A stretch of DNA of 64,000 nucleotides from Bacteroidia bacterium (GTDB lineage Bacteria; Bacteroidota; Bacteroidia; SpSt-205): the NCBI GenBank assembly GCA_026414975.1, contig JAOAHZ010000001.1:247547-311546 (forward strand), read 5' to 3'. The translations under genes were made by a program, and so were the position numbers. The notes beneath the pieces are model-generated. The model ran no database searches. It was given only the letters and a program-made list of their open reading frames with translations, and was not told the DNA's origin. The stretch's first letter is position 1; each line of letters begins with the position of its first letter. Below, piece by piece: positions 37,621 to 46,833 of this stretch.

Positions 37621-39000
37621 ATGTGGTACAAGAGCTTACTGGAGCTTATTGGGCGCACCCCTCTCGTTCAGCTTAACTCTGTAACCCGAGGGGTGCCCTC
37701 CACTGTGTTGGCTAAAGTGGAATACTTCAACCCCGGGCACAGCGTCAAAGATCGTATTGCCCTTAAGATGGTAGAGGAAGCAGAGCAAGCGGGGCAACTA
37801 CGTCCCGGGGGTACCATTATTGAAGCCACCTCAGGTAATACGGGAATGGGGCTTGCCCTCGTCGCTGCCATTAAGGGCTACCGTTGCATTTTTACCGTGC
37901 CCGATAAGCAATCTAAGGAAAAGATAGATGCCCTTCGTGCTTTGGGAGCTGAGGTAATCGTTACCCCTACAAATGTTCCCCCAGACGACCCTCGTTCGTA
38001 TTACAGCGTCGCTAAGCGCCTCGCTCAAGAAATCCCTGGCGCATTTTATCCTAACCAGTATGATAACCTCCACAACCGTCAGGCTCATTACGAAACCACA
38101 GGGCCAGAGATTTGGGAGCAGACCGAGGGGCGCATCACGCATTTCGTTGCGGGAATGGGTACGACCGGAACCATTTGTGGTGTGGCTCAGTATCTCAAGG
38201 AGCGAAATCCAGCTATTCAGGTAATCGGGGTAGATACCTACGGTTCGCTTTTCCAGAAGCTCCACGAGACGGGTCAGATAGACCCTAAGGAGATATACCC
38301 CTATCTTACCGAAGGGATTGGGGAGGACATCGTTCCAGCCAACTTAGACCTCTCTCTTATAGACCGCATCATCAAAGTAACCGATCGAAATGGGGCTCTG
38401 ATGGCGCGCAAGCTGGCTCGCTATGAAGGGCTTTTCGTGGGATGGTCAAGCGGCTCAGCGGTATGGGCTGCCCTTCAAGTGGCAAAAGAGCTATCCCCTA
38501 AAGATGTTGTAGTTGTGCTTTTGCCTGATCACGGTACCCGTTATCTGAATAAAATCTACAACGATGGATGGATGCGCACTCAAGGCTTCTTGGAAACAAC
38601 TTCGGAACTCACAGTCCGCAGGGTTCTTGAAACAAAAAACCGAAAGACGCCTGGGCTTGCTACAGTGTCTCCTGCAGATCCTCTGCGCAAAGCCGTGGAG
38701 CTGATGCAGCGGTATGAAATCTCTCAACTTCCCATCCTTGAGGAGGGTCGTATTTATGGAATTCTGACGGAGTCTCGGCTGATAGAGGTACTGATGGACG
38801 ATCCACTTGCTAAAGATCAACCCGTGCAGCGGTACATGGCGGATCCCCCCGCAATAGTCCTTCCCTCCACTCCTGTGGATATAGTCTCTAAGATGCTGAC
38901 TCGTGAAATGCCAGCGGTCCTAGTACAGTTAGAGGATGGGGGTTGGGATATTTTGACGCGCTCGGATATTCTTCATGCATTAGTGGATACGACCATGTGA
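37621..39000 (+). CDS. Cystathionine beta-synthase (PLP domain plus C-terminal CBS pair)
   Basis: KVEYFNPGHSVKDRIA, EATSGNTG, GMGTTGT and EGIGED; CBS domains ISQLPI and ILTRSDIL. Start at ATG 37621. Confidence 0.9.
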   Translation: MWYKSLLELIGRTPLVQLNSVTRGVPSTVLAKVEYFNPGHSVKDRIALKMVEEAEQAGQLRPGGTIIEATSGNTGMGLALVAAIKGYRCIFTVPDKQSKEKIDALRALGAEVIVTPTNVPPDDPRSYYSVAKRLAQEIPGAFYPNQYDNLHNRQAHYETTGPEIWEQTEGRITHFVAGMGTTGTICGVAQYLKERNPAIQVIGVDTYGSLFQKLHETGQIDPKEIYPYLTEGIGEDIVPANLDLSLIDRIIKVTDRNGALMARKLARYEGLFVGWSSGSAVWAALQVAKELSPKDVVVVLLPDHGTRYLNKIYNDGWMRTQGFLETTSELTVRRVLETKNRKTPGLATVSPADPLRKAVELMQRYEISQLPILEEGRIYGILTESRLIEVLMDDPLAKDQPVQRYMADPPAIVLPSTPVDIVSKMLTREMPAVLVQLEDGGWDILTRSDILHALVDTTM

Positions 39001-40097
39001 GGGGGCTCTGGTTATTTCCCCTTCTGTGGGCTCAAGCCCCTGAAGTCTTGCGGTTCATACCGGGGCGATACCGAGAAGGTAAGAACCATCGCATAGACCT
39101 TCACAATCCTACTTCAAAGCCCATAGCGTTGGGGGGCTGGCTTTTAGTAACGAGAGACTACTCGGTTAGGTTACCTAACCACTTAGTTCTTGGCCCGAAC
39201 CAACGTCTGAGCATAGGTAAGCTGGGGGGTGATTTGCGTTTAGACGGCTATCCAGACTTTTTGATTCGATTTCCTGATGAAGGACAGCCGGGAGCTTATG
39301 TGGCTCTCATAGATGAGCAAGGGCGGTTGCGCCGAGGCTTATATCTCGCACCGTCCCCCCAAGTGCTTTTTTTGCCAGACTCGGGGTTGAATATCACCCG
39401 AGAAGGCAAGCGCTTATACTTTGCTTTACCTTCGGAGACGGCGCCGATATGGGAGTATGTTCCATGGGAACCAGACCCTATCATAGGGGTCGTGCGTATG
39501 GGCGATCGGTGGCGTTATACCGTGGCGGATGCGGAGCGCGAGGCACGCCTATACGCTCCTATTCGGTTTCCCTTCCTTCTGGCTTCCTATGAGAGAGAGG
39601 CTGTTCATCTTTCTTGGGAGTTAGAGAGTTATGACTTTTGTGATGTTTATCGGATTGAGCGTTCAGAAGGAGGGGCGGGTTGGCAGATTATAGCTCGGAT
39701 GCCCTGCCCGTCTCCTAAGCCGGGCCGCCAGCGCATAGAGTACTACGATACACGGGTAAGGGAAGGTCAGACTTATCAATATAGGCTGGTCTATGAGATG
39801 CCTCCTTTACTCCGACTGGAGTCAGCTATAGCTGAGGTGCGATGCAAACGAGAAGAAAAGCCTCTTCAGATGACCGCCCAACCCGGCTATCTTCGGCTCC
39901 GAGTCTCTCAATCTCAGCCTCTAAAGATACGACTTTTGGACTCCTACTTTACTGAACGGCTGCGGATATACGACGGGTGGGTCAATGGAGGGGTGGAAAA
40001 TGTCTTCGTATGGGATACCAGTCGAGTTCGGCAGGGAAAATGGATTATAGTTTGGACTGCAGGGCGGCGCTACTGGATTGAGCTACCTGCTCGGTGA
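38997..40097 (+). CDS. Exported hypothetical protein (lamin-tail-like N-terminal region, Ig/Fn3-like region)
   Basis: GTG start overlaps the CBS stop; signal MRGLWLFPLLWA|Q; IDLHNPTSKPIALGGWLL; VHLSWE...YRIERS...YQYRL. Confidence 0.6.
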   Translation: MRGLWLFPLLWAQAPEVLRFIPGRYREGKNHRIDLHNPTSKPIALGGWLLVTRDYSVRLPNHLVLGPNQRLSIGKLGGDLRLDGYPDFLIRFPDEGQPGAYVALIDEQGRLRRGLYLAPSPQVLFLPDSGLNITREGKRLYFALPSETAPIWEYVPWEPDPIIGVVRMGDRWRYTVADAEREARLYAPIRFPFLLASYEREAVHLSWELESYDFCDVYRIERSEGGAGWQIIARMPCPSPKPGRQRIEYYDTRVREGQTYQYRLVYEMPPLLRLESAIAEVRCKREEKPLQMTAQPGYLRLRVSQSQPLKIRLLDSYFTERLRIYDGWVNGGVENVFVWDTSRVRQGKWIIVWTAGRRYWIELPAR

Positions 40098-40915
40098 AGG
40101 CGACAAAGATTGCTTAGCAAACAGGCTACGGTAAGCGGGCCGACTCCGCCGGGAACTGGTGTATAAGCTCCAGCTTTAGACAGGGTTTCGGTTTGTACGT
40201 CTCCTATTAGTCGCCCTCCTTCCCGATGGATGCCTACATCTATGAGGACTGCTCCAGGCTTGAGTCCCTCAGGGCCAAACCAGTGCGGACGCCCTACGGC
40301 CACCACCACGATATCAGCTTGTCGGGTGTAAGCGTAGAGATTGTCAGTACGGCTGTGGCATAGGGTAACAGTAGAGTTACCGTAATGAGCCGCGCGAGAC
40401 AGTAAAAGGGCTAATGGCGTCCCAACAAGCCTTCCTCGTCCCACAATAGCCACATGCCGGCCTTCTGGAGATATGTCGTAGTAGAGGAGAAGCTCTATAA
40501 TCCCCCAAGGCGTCGCTGGAGCCCATAACGCTCGTCCTTGAGCTAAGAGCCCTAAGTTATGGGGATGAAGAGCGTCAGCGTCCTTATGAGGAGCAATAGC
40601 GTCTAATACCCTTTGCTCTGATAGGTGAGCTGGCAGGGGAAGCTGAACAATCATCCCTGTTACCTCCGGCGTCTCATTGAGATGCTGGATCAAATCCACG
40701 ACTTCTCGGGTCGTGGTCCCCTCGGGGAGGTGATGTAGGACGGCCTTTATTCCTACTCGTTCGGCTTGTCTGAGCTTATGAGATACATAAATTTGACTGG
40801 CCTCGTGATGCCCGACGAGAATCACGTCTAACCGCAAGGACTTGCCCTTGGCATACTCTGCGACTTCTGAAAGGATTTTTTGGGCGACGGGCGCGCCTCG
40901 GAGTACTTGACTCAT
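40070..40915 (-). CDS. folD: Methylenetetrahydrofolate dehydrogenase/cyclohydrolase
   Basis: IVQLPLP, KDADALHP, PATPWG, VTLCHSRT and TPVPGGVGPLT. Confidence 0.95.
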   Translation of the reverse strand: MSQVLRGAPVAQKILSEVAEYAKGKSLRLDVILVGHHEASQIYVSHKLRQAERVGIKAVLHHLPEGTTTREVVDLIQHLNETPEVTGMIVQLPLPAHLSEQRVLDAIAPHKDADALHPHNLGLLAQGRALWAPATPWGIIELLLYYDISPEGRHVAIVGRGRLVGTPLALLLSRAAHYGNSTVTLCHSRTDNLYAYTRQADIVVVAVGRPHWFGPEGLKPGAVLIDVGIHREGGRLIGDVQTETLSKAGAYTPVPGGVGPLTVACLLSNLCRLHRAGSSIQ

Positions 40916-42300
40916 GTGTAGCCAAGTATTTTCAACACTTGTTTGCTATTTTGCTCCTCATACAGGACCTCAAACTGCGGCTGGCCATCTCGGTCCCGTC
41001 TGATAAGAATATGCCTCGGCGTAGGGATAAGGCAGTGATGAATACCCCCTACGCCACTAAGTGCCTCTTGGTAGGCACCAGTGTGGAAAAAGCCAATGTA
41101 AAGTTCCTTGCGCGTCTTGGGTAAAAACAGGACATTCGTATGAGCATCTGTGTGATAAAAGTCCAGTTCGTCGCAGGTGATGCCTCCCAAAATGACCCTT
41201 TCGTATTCGGCACTCCAGTTATTCAGAGGTAGGATTATGTAGCGCTGTTTGAGAGCCCAGATATCAGGCAGGGTCGTCATCAGGCTGCCATCTAAAATAA
41301 GCCAGCTCTCTCGGTCGTTTTGACGCTTTCGCTCCAAGACCTTGAAGACTACAGCTCCCGATTCTGCAACGGTATAGCTACCGAACTCTGAAGCGATATC
41401 GGGTTCTTCCACACCATGCTGAGTGCAAGCTACTTTGAGTCGTCGCACAATCTCCCCAATAACGTACTGGTAGTCAAACTCAAAATCTAAGGAGCTTCGG
41501 AAGGGCAAGCCTCCGCCAATATTGAAATAGCGCAAGCTGGGGGCTTCTTTTTTGAGCTCGCAGTAGAGAGCTATCATTTTGTCCAGTTCATTCCAGTAAT
41601 AAGGGGTATCACGGATGCCCGAACTGATGAAAGAGTGCAGCATGACGAGCTGGAAGTTAGGATTAGGCTTGATCTTCTCCAGATAAAGGTCTAGGACGTC
41701 ATCAGGACGAATCCCCAGCCTGCTGGTGTAAATGGGGAAGTCAGGGCGCTCTTCTATAGAAACTCGAATCCCCAGCTTAGCCGGTACATCTAACTCGCTG
41801 GTGTAGAAGTTTATTTCTCGTCTCGTGTCTAATACAGGAATGAGATTCTCAAATCCATCATGGATTAGATCGACGATGCGCTGAGCGTAAGTAGGCGTCT
41901 TGTAGCCGTTGCAAATAATCATGGTGTCCTTTTTGGAAATAAGGCCTCTGCGTTCTAAGGCCTCCACTATTTCCATGTCAAAGGCCGAAGAAGTCTCAAT
42001 ATGTACGCCATGCCTTAGAACTTCCTCTAAAACATGACGAAAGTGTGAGCTTTTCGTACAGTAAGCGTAGATATATTGGCCATGGTAATCATTTTTGAGG
42101 AAGGCTTCTTGGAAATAGAGGCGTGCCTGGCGTATTTTTTTACCGATGATGGGCAAGTAGGTTAGCCGAAGGGGGGTGCCAAACGTTTCCACTAACTCTA
42201 TAAGGTTAATGCCATGGAAATAAAGCTCATCGTCTATAACTTCAAAGGGCTCTTGAGGAAAATCTACGCTGAGGTCCAGAAACTCTGCGTAACTTTGCAC
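40912..42300 (-). CDS. speA: Arginine decarboxylase (Bacteroidota short type)
   Basis: YCTKSSHF, ETSSAFD, ICNGYK, GGGLP, TCDELD and HTGAYQE. Confidence 0.88.
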   Translation of the reverse strand: MQSYAEFLDLSVDFPQEPFEVIDDELYFHGINLIELVETFGTPLRLTYLPIIGKKIRQARLYFQEAFLKNDYHGQYIYAYCTKSSHFRHVLEEVLRHGVHIETSSAFDMEIVEALERRGLISKKDTMIICNGYKTPTYAQRIVDLIHDGFENLIPVLDTRREINFYTSELDVPAKLGIRVSIEERPDFPIYTSRLGIRPDDVLDLYLEKIKPNPNFQLVMLHSFISSGIRDTPYYWNELDKMIALYCELKKEAPSLRYFNIGGGLPFRSSLDFEFDYQYVIGEIVRRLKVACTQHGVEEPDIASEFGSYTVAESGAVVFKVLERKRQNDRESWLILDGSLMTTLPDIWALKQRYIILPLNNWSAEYERVILGGITCDELDFYHTDAHTNVLFLPKTRKELYIGFFHTGAYQEALSGVGGIHHCLIPTPRHILIRRDRDGQPQFEVLYEEQNSKQVLKILGYT

Positions 42301-42341
42301 TCTGCAAAGATGAGACTAAAATGTAAAAGTAAGCTGAGCGC

Positions 42342-43280
42342 ATGGGTCTTCGGGTTGTAGCCATAGCCTGCGATTGGGGAGCGGGGCAGCCCGGGGGAGC
42401 TGCAGGGGTTGAAAGTTGGTATGCGTTAGGGCTTCATTACAAGCATTTAGCTTGGTTAGAGGCTGAACATCTCTGGCTAAGTCCCACGCATTCCAGGCCT
42501 CCATGGATAGAGACAGGCCGTCATGTTTATGCTCGGCGGTTGGATGCCTGGCTTGACTTTGCTGGGGAGGTAAAAAAGGCCCTACAAGCCTTACCTGTGG
42601 ATGAGAGAGTACTTTTTCTTACAGGAGACCATAGCTGGGCTGGGTGTATTCTCCCTGTTTTGGCCCGGCGAGTTGGACGCCTCGGAGTCATTTGGATAGA
42701 TGCTCATGCCGATATGCATAACCCTGCCACCTCTCCCTCTGGCAACCTCCACGGAATGCCCCTTGCCATGATCACCGCTATCAATCAAGAACGTCATCAC
42801 CCAGTGCCTGCTTTCACTTGGGCCTTATGGGAGCGCCTCGTAGAACCGGCTATTCAGCCGCAGGATATCTTGATTTTGGGATTGCGCAGTTATGAGCCCC
42901 CTGAACTGGACCTCATCCAACAGCATCAGATGCCCTACTTTCTGTCTGCCGACATAGCTAAATCGGGCATAGACGCTGCCCTACAAGCGGCCCGTGTTCT
43001 GATAGAGAGGACCGACGCATTATATGTGAGTTTGGATGTAGATGTGTGGGACCCGAGCTTTGCGCGGGGCACAGGTGCCCCAGCTCCGGGGGGCCTGAGC
43101 ATCGCTCAAGTTCGTGCCTTCCTTCAAGAGATAATCCTCCACGAGAAACTTAGGTTCTTAGAGGTAACAGAGATCAATCCGCTCTTGGACCGAGACAATC
43201 AGACAGCGCTTTTTGCCTATGGAACGGTCCGCCCTTTCATAGATGGACAGCTTCATGCGGGCAAGTTGGGGCTGGAGTAG
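42342..43280 (+). CDS. rocF: Arginase
   Basis: GDHS, DAHADMH, SPSGNLHGMP, SLDVDVWDP and EINPLLD. Confidence 0.88.
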   Translation: MGLRVVAIACDWGAGQPGGAAGVESWYALGLHYKHLAWLEAEHLWLSPTHSRPPWIETGRHVYARRLDAWLDFAGEVKKALQALPVDERVLFLTGDHSWAGCILPVLARRVGRLGVIWIDAHADMHNPATSPSGNLHGMPLAMITAINQERHHPVPAFTWALWERLVEPAIQPQDILILGLRSYEPPELDLIQQHQMPYFLSADIAKSGIDAALQAARVLIERTDALYVSLDVDVWDPSFARGTGAPAPGGLSIAQVRAFLQEIILHEKLRFLEVTEINPLLDRDNQTALFAYGTVRPFIDGQLHAGKLGLE

Positions 43281-43803
43281 CGGTCTATGGATAGGGATGC
43301 TCGCTGCTCAATTGCCAGCGCGATATGTACTCAAGGCAGATGGGTTGGGCTTTGTATGGCGAGAGTTCCGCCTCTGGGGGGAATACAGGCTTTTTCGGTG
43401 GGCGCCGCCTTTTATCGCTTCAGTGGATAGGCACCGATGGGATGGACTGACCCTGTGCGTCGGCTTAGGTTATTTCCGACGATGGCCGCTGAGAGGAGGG
43501 CTTGGGCGGGTGGGGCTGCGGTATTATCCTCTTCGTCGCCCGTATGCTCCCGAAGGGCTATGGGTAGGTCTCCATGTTGTAGGCGCTGGATGGGGGGTCC
43601 GGCGTGAATCCACCATGCTTTCGGTAGCTCCTAGCTTGAGTATAGGCTATCAGTTTATCTTCCGTCAGTCTTATGGAGGGGTCATAGAACCCCTTGTATG
43701 CATAGAACCACATTGGCGTCAAGACTCGCCTTTTAGCTTAGTACAGCTTGGCGTGAATGTAGGCTGGGCTAGCCGACGATGGAGTCGCCGTAACCTGCCT
43801 TGA
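43255..43803 (+). CDS. Small outer-membrane beta-barrel-like hypothetical protein
   Basis: ...MLAA|Q signal-like segment; amphipathic strands VGLRYYP, SIGYQFIF and LGVNVGW. Start is uncertain (43243 or 43255). Confidence 0.5.
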   Translation: MRASWGWSSGLWIGMLAAQLPARYVLKADGLGFVWREFRLWGEYRLFRWAPPFIASVDRHRWDGLTLCVGLGYFRRWPLRGGLGRVGLRYYPLRRPYAPEGLWVGLHVVGAGWGVRRESTMLSVAPSLSIGYQFIFRQSYGGVIEPLVCIEPHWRQDSPFSLVQLGVNVGWASRRWSRRNLP

Positions 43804-43884
43804 AAAGGTCCCAAGCAAGGCCTTGGAGTGGTCGCCTTTCTCTTGCACGGCTCTCTCCGCAAAAATCTGTACCTTTCCTAAGAT

Positions 43885-44853
43885 ATGCCTAAATCGTCGG
43901 CGGCTAAAACACGCTCCTTCTTTCCCTCTAAATATCGTTTAGAAGAAAATCGCTCGGACCGGCTTTCTAAGAAGGATAAAGCCTCCTCCTTTCCTGCAGG
44001 TAAGGGGACAACTTTATATCACCTTCGCCAGCGAGCCTCAAGGCGAAACACTTCTACTCAAACCATACAATCTAATCCTAAGCTGCCTACAAAGAACCTC
44101 CCTGCACCTGGTCCCCCAGAGCTACCGCAGAAGATTCGTCTGGTGCGGTATGTCGCTCTGTCAGGCGTCGCCTCGCGACGTGAAGCAGTCAAGGTTATCA
44201 AAAATGGCCAAGTAACCGTGAATGGTCAAGTTGTACGAGAGCCTTGGGTCTATGTGAATGTAGAAACCGACAAGGTTACCTACCGCGGGCAGCCTATTCG
44301 TCCAGAGAAGCCTGTTTATATCCTCCTCAATAAGCCTAAGAATACCATTTGCACCCTCCGAGATGAGAGGGGACGCCCGACTGTGATGGACCTTTTAGAG
44401 GGGGCTCCTAAGGTGCGCCTGTATCCAGTAGGGCGATTAGACAGAAATACGACAGGTATCTTGATTCTCACGAATGACGGGGACCTTACTCAAAAGCTCT
44501 TGCATCCTAAAAGCCAAGTGCCTCGGGTCTACCGGGCGACCACGGTGAAGCCTATGACTAAAGCAGTTGTAGAGAAACTTTTAGAAGGGGTCCCTTTGCC
44601 CGATGGGGTAGCACAAGCAGATAAAGTCGTTTTAGAAGACCCTTATACCCTTCTTATCACCATTCATATTGGGCGCAAGCATATTGTCCGTCGGATGTTA
44701 GAATATCTCGGCTATCGCCTCAAGTCTCTGGATAGGATTGCCTTTGGGCCGATTACGCGCAAAGGCGTTCGGCGAGGCCAGTGGAGATATCTTACCGCTC
44801 AAGAAGTAGGATGGTTGAAGATGCTACCTGACCCGAGGAAAAAACCTACTTAG
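43885..44853 (+). CDS. rRNA pseudouridine synthase (RsuA/RluB family) with S4 domain
   Basis: SGVASRRE, LLNKPK, GRLDRNTTG, GRKHIVRRM and LDRIAFG. Confidence 0.92.
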   Translation: MPKSSAAKTRSFFPSKYRLEENRSDRLSKKDKASSFPAGKGTTLYHLRQRASRRNTSTQTIQSNPKLPTKNLPAPGPPELPQKIRLVRYVALSGVASRREAVKVIKNGQVTVNGQVVREPWVYVNVETDKVTYRGQPIRPEKPVYILLNKPKNTICTLRDERGRPTVMDLLEGAPKVRLYPVGRLDRNTTGILILTNDGDLTQKLLHPKSQVPRVYRATTVKPMTKAVVEKLLEGVPLPDGVAQADKVVLEDPYTLLITIHIGRKHIVRRMLEYLGYRLKSLDRIAFGPITRKGVRRGQWRYLTAQEVGWLKMLPDPRKKPT

Positions 44854-45020
44854 AAGCCTCTGAGCCTTGACGCACGCCTTTGTGGCTGCTCATCCTTATG
44901 CTTCTGAGGCTCCGAGGTGGTAGGGGCATGCCTTGTGTCCCAGCTCTTATCCGTAGGTTTCGCTTCTTAGAGATTCCCATCGTACTTCAGGGTTTGCGGC
45001 AGACCGATACATCCTTTTTG

Positions 45021-45028
45021 TACCTTTG
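45021..45028 (+). promoter_or_regulatory. -7 promoter box of rpmI-rplT-fabD (TACCTTTG)
   Basis: Exact match 6 nt upstream of ATG 45035. Confidence 0.6.
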
Positions 45029-45034
45029 CTGCCC

Positions 45035-45223
45035 ATGAAGGGACACTCAGGGAGTCAGAAACGCTTCAAAATAACCGCAACGGGCAAGATTATGCACAAA
45101 GCCACGGGGCGCCGCCACAACTTTTCCTCAAAGTCTCATCGCCGCAAGCGCGCGCTGCGTAAGGACCGACTGGTGAAGCCGTCTGACCGGTTTGGCATTT
45201 CCCTTTTGACCGTACATCTCTGA
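45035..45223 (+). CDS. rpmI: 50S ribosomal protein L35
   Basis: KRFKITATGKI and RRHNFSSKS; directly upstream of rplT. Confidence 0.92.
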   Translation: MKGHSGSQKRFKITATGKIMHKATGRRHNFSSKSHRRKRALRKDRLVKPSDRFGISLLTVHL

Positions 45224-45227
45224 GATT

Positions 45228-45575
45228 ATGAGAACCAAAAATAGAGTAGCTTCACGAGAGCGTCGCCGGCGCATCCTGCGTCAGACTAAGGGTTATTGGG
45301 GACGGAAAAAGAATGTATTTCGCCATGCCCATAATCAGCTCCAGAAAGGGCTTGTGTATGCTTACATCCACAGGCGGCACAAAAAGCGCTATTTCCGTCG
45401 CCTCTGGATTGTGCGTATCAATGCTGCAGTCCGACCTTATGGGTTGTCTTACAGTCAGTTCATGCACAAGCTCAAAAAAGCAGGGGTTGCTATAAACCGC
45501 AAAATGCTGGCCGACTTGGCGGTGAGTCAGCCCCATGCCTTGGCTACGCTTGTAGAGCAGGTGAAGGCAGCCTAA
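45228..45575 (+). CDS. rplT: 50S ribosomal protein L20
   Basis: KGYWG, FRRLWIVRINAA, LSYSQFM and NRKMLADLA. Confidence 0.97.
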   Translation: MRTKNRVASRERRRRILRQTKGYWGRKKNVFRHAHNQLQKGLVYAYIHRRHKKRYFRRLWIVRINAAVRPYGLSYSQFMHKLKKAGVAINRKMLADLAVSQPHALATLVEQVKAA

Positions 45576-46459
45576 TGGGAGTAGCTTTACTTTTCCCTGG
45601 TCAAGGGTCTCAAGGAGTAGGGATGGGCCGGGCTCTCTATGAAGCGCATCGAGAGCTACGGGGCCTATTTGAAGAAGCGGAGTCTATTTTAGGTATGCCT
45701 CTCCGCCAATATATGTTTGAGGGGCCTGCAGAAGCCCTGCAGCGCACTTCTGTAACACAACCTGCGCTTTACCTGCATGGTTATGCTGTCGCCCAAGCTC
45801 GCAAAATACCAGCAGCAGCTGTGGCGGGACACTCTCTGGGAGAGTTTACTGCTTTGGCTGTAGCAGGCGTGCTATCGTTTGCGGATGGTCTCAGACTGGT
45901 GAAAGTTCGGGCTGATAGCATGCAGGCGGCCTGCGATGCTCATCCCAGCACGATGGCGGCTATTATTGGCTTGGAGGATAAGGTCGTAGAGGACCTATGC
46001 GCAGAGGCTTCATCCATTGGAATCGTCGTTCCGGCTAACTACAACTCTCCCGGGCAGCTTGTCATATCGGGAGAACTTGCAGCGGTAGAAGCTGTGATGG
46101 AGCGAGCTAAAGCAGCCGGAGCCAAGCTCGTCAAGAAACTGGCTGTCAATGGCGCATTCCACTCTCCTCTTATGGAGTCTGCACGCCATAACCTTGCAGA
46201 AGCTATAGAATCTCTTTCGTTTCAGAAGCCCCAAATCCCCGTTTATCCGAACGTAACGGCGACCGCCGAAACCGACCCTGCTAAACTCAAATCCTTGCTT
46301 ATTCAGCAGCTCACCGCTCCCGTTCGCTGGACTCAGACTCTCCAGGGTATGTGGGCGGATGGGATTCGTACCTTTTACGAGCTTGGCCCAGGAAACGTCC
46401 TCGCTGGACTGACTCGCCGTACCCTTCCCGAAGCGGTCGTCGCTTCTTACGACTCCTAA
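45575..46459 (+). CDS. fabD: Malonyl-CoA:ACP transacylase
   Basis: FPGQGSQ, GHSLGEF, ANYNSPGQLVISG, GAFHSPLM and PVRW. Confidence 0.96.
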   Translation: MGVALLFPGQGSQGVGMGRALYEAHRELRGLFEEAESILGMPLRQYMFEGPAEALQRTSVTQPALYLHGYAVAQARKIPAAAVAGHSLGEFTALAVAGVLSFADGLRLVKVRADSMQAACDAHPSTMAAIIGLEDKVVEDLCAEASSIGIVVPANYNSPGQLVISGELAAVEAVMERAKAAGAKLVKKLAVNGAFHSPLMESARHNLAEAIESLSFQKPQIPVYPNVTATAETDPAKLKSLLIQQLTAPVRWTQTLQGMWADGIRTFYELGPGNVLAGLTRRTLPEAVVASYDS

Positions 46460-46481
46460 AAATCTCTTACCTTCGTTCAGT

Positions 46482-46655
46482 ATGGCGAGCTTGGAAGAGC
46501 TTATCAAGACCGCTCTTCAAAAACCTGATCTGCGCAAATCCGTGAAAGGTATCTTGGAACAAGCTCTTGAGCAGCTTGCAAACCCCTCTCTCCCCGACGA
46601 CGAACGTAAAAGGCTCTTAGATCAGGCTGAGAAAATAGCTAAGGAAAACGCTTAA
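46482..46655 (+). CDS. Small (57 aa) helical hypothetical protein absent from the ORF track
   Basis: ATG...TAA encodes MASLEELIKTALQKPDLRKSVKGILEQALEQLANPSLPDDERKRLLDQAEKIAKENA; TACCTTCG box at 46468-46475. Confidence 0.7.
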   Translation: MASLEELIKTALQKPDLRKSVKGILEQALEQLANPSLPDDERKRLLDQAEKIAKENA

Positions 46656-46833
46656 CTCCCTGGGCTTGTACCTTGGCAGAATAGAAGGCTTGCATTAGGC
46701 AGCAACCTCAGAAAGTGCCCCTTGATTCATTCCCTCTTACTACGCCATAGATATTTGTCCTATTGAGGCTTAGCCGGGTCAGACCCTTCCTCATATGAAA
46801 GCTCTTCGCAGCGGATGCTTTAGGGTTTTTCCC

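Noticed and set aside
46010..46507. 165-aa antisense ORF over fabD
   Set aside because: Antisense shadow of a conserved gene with no recognisable features.
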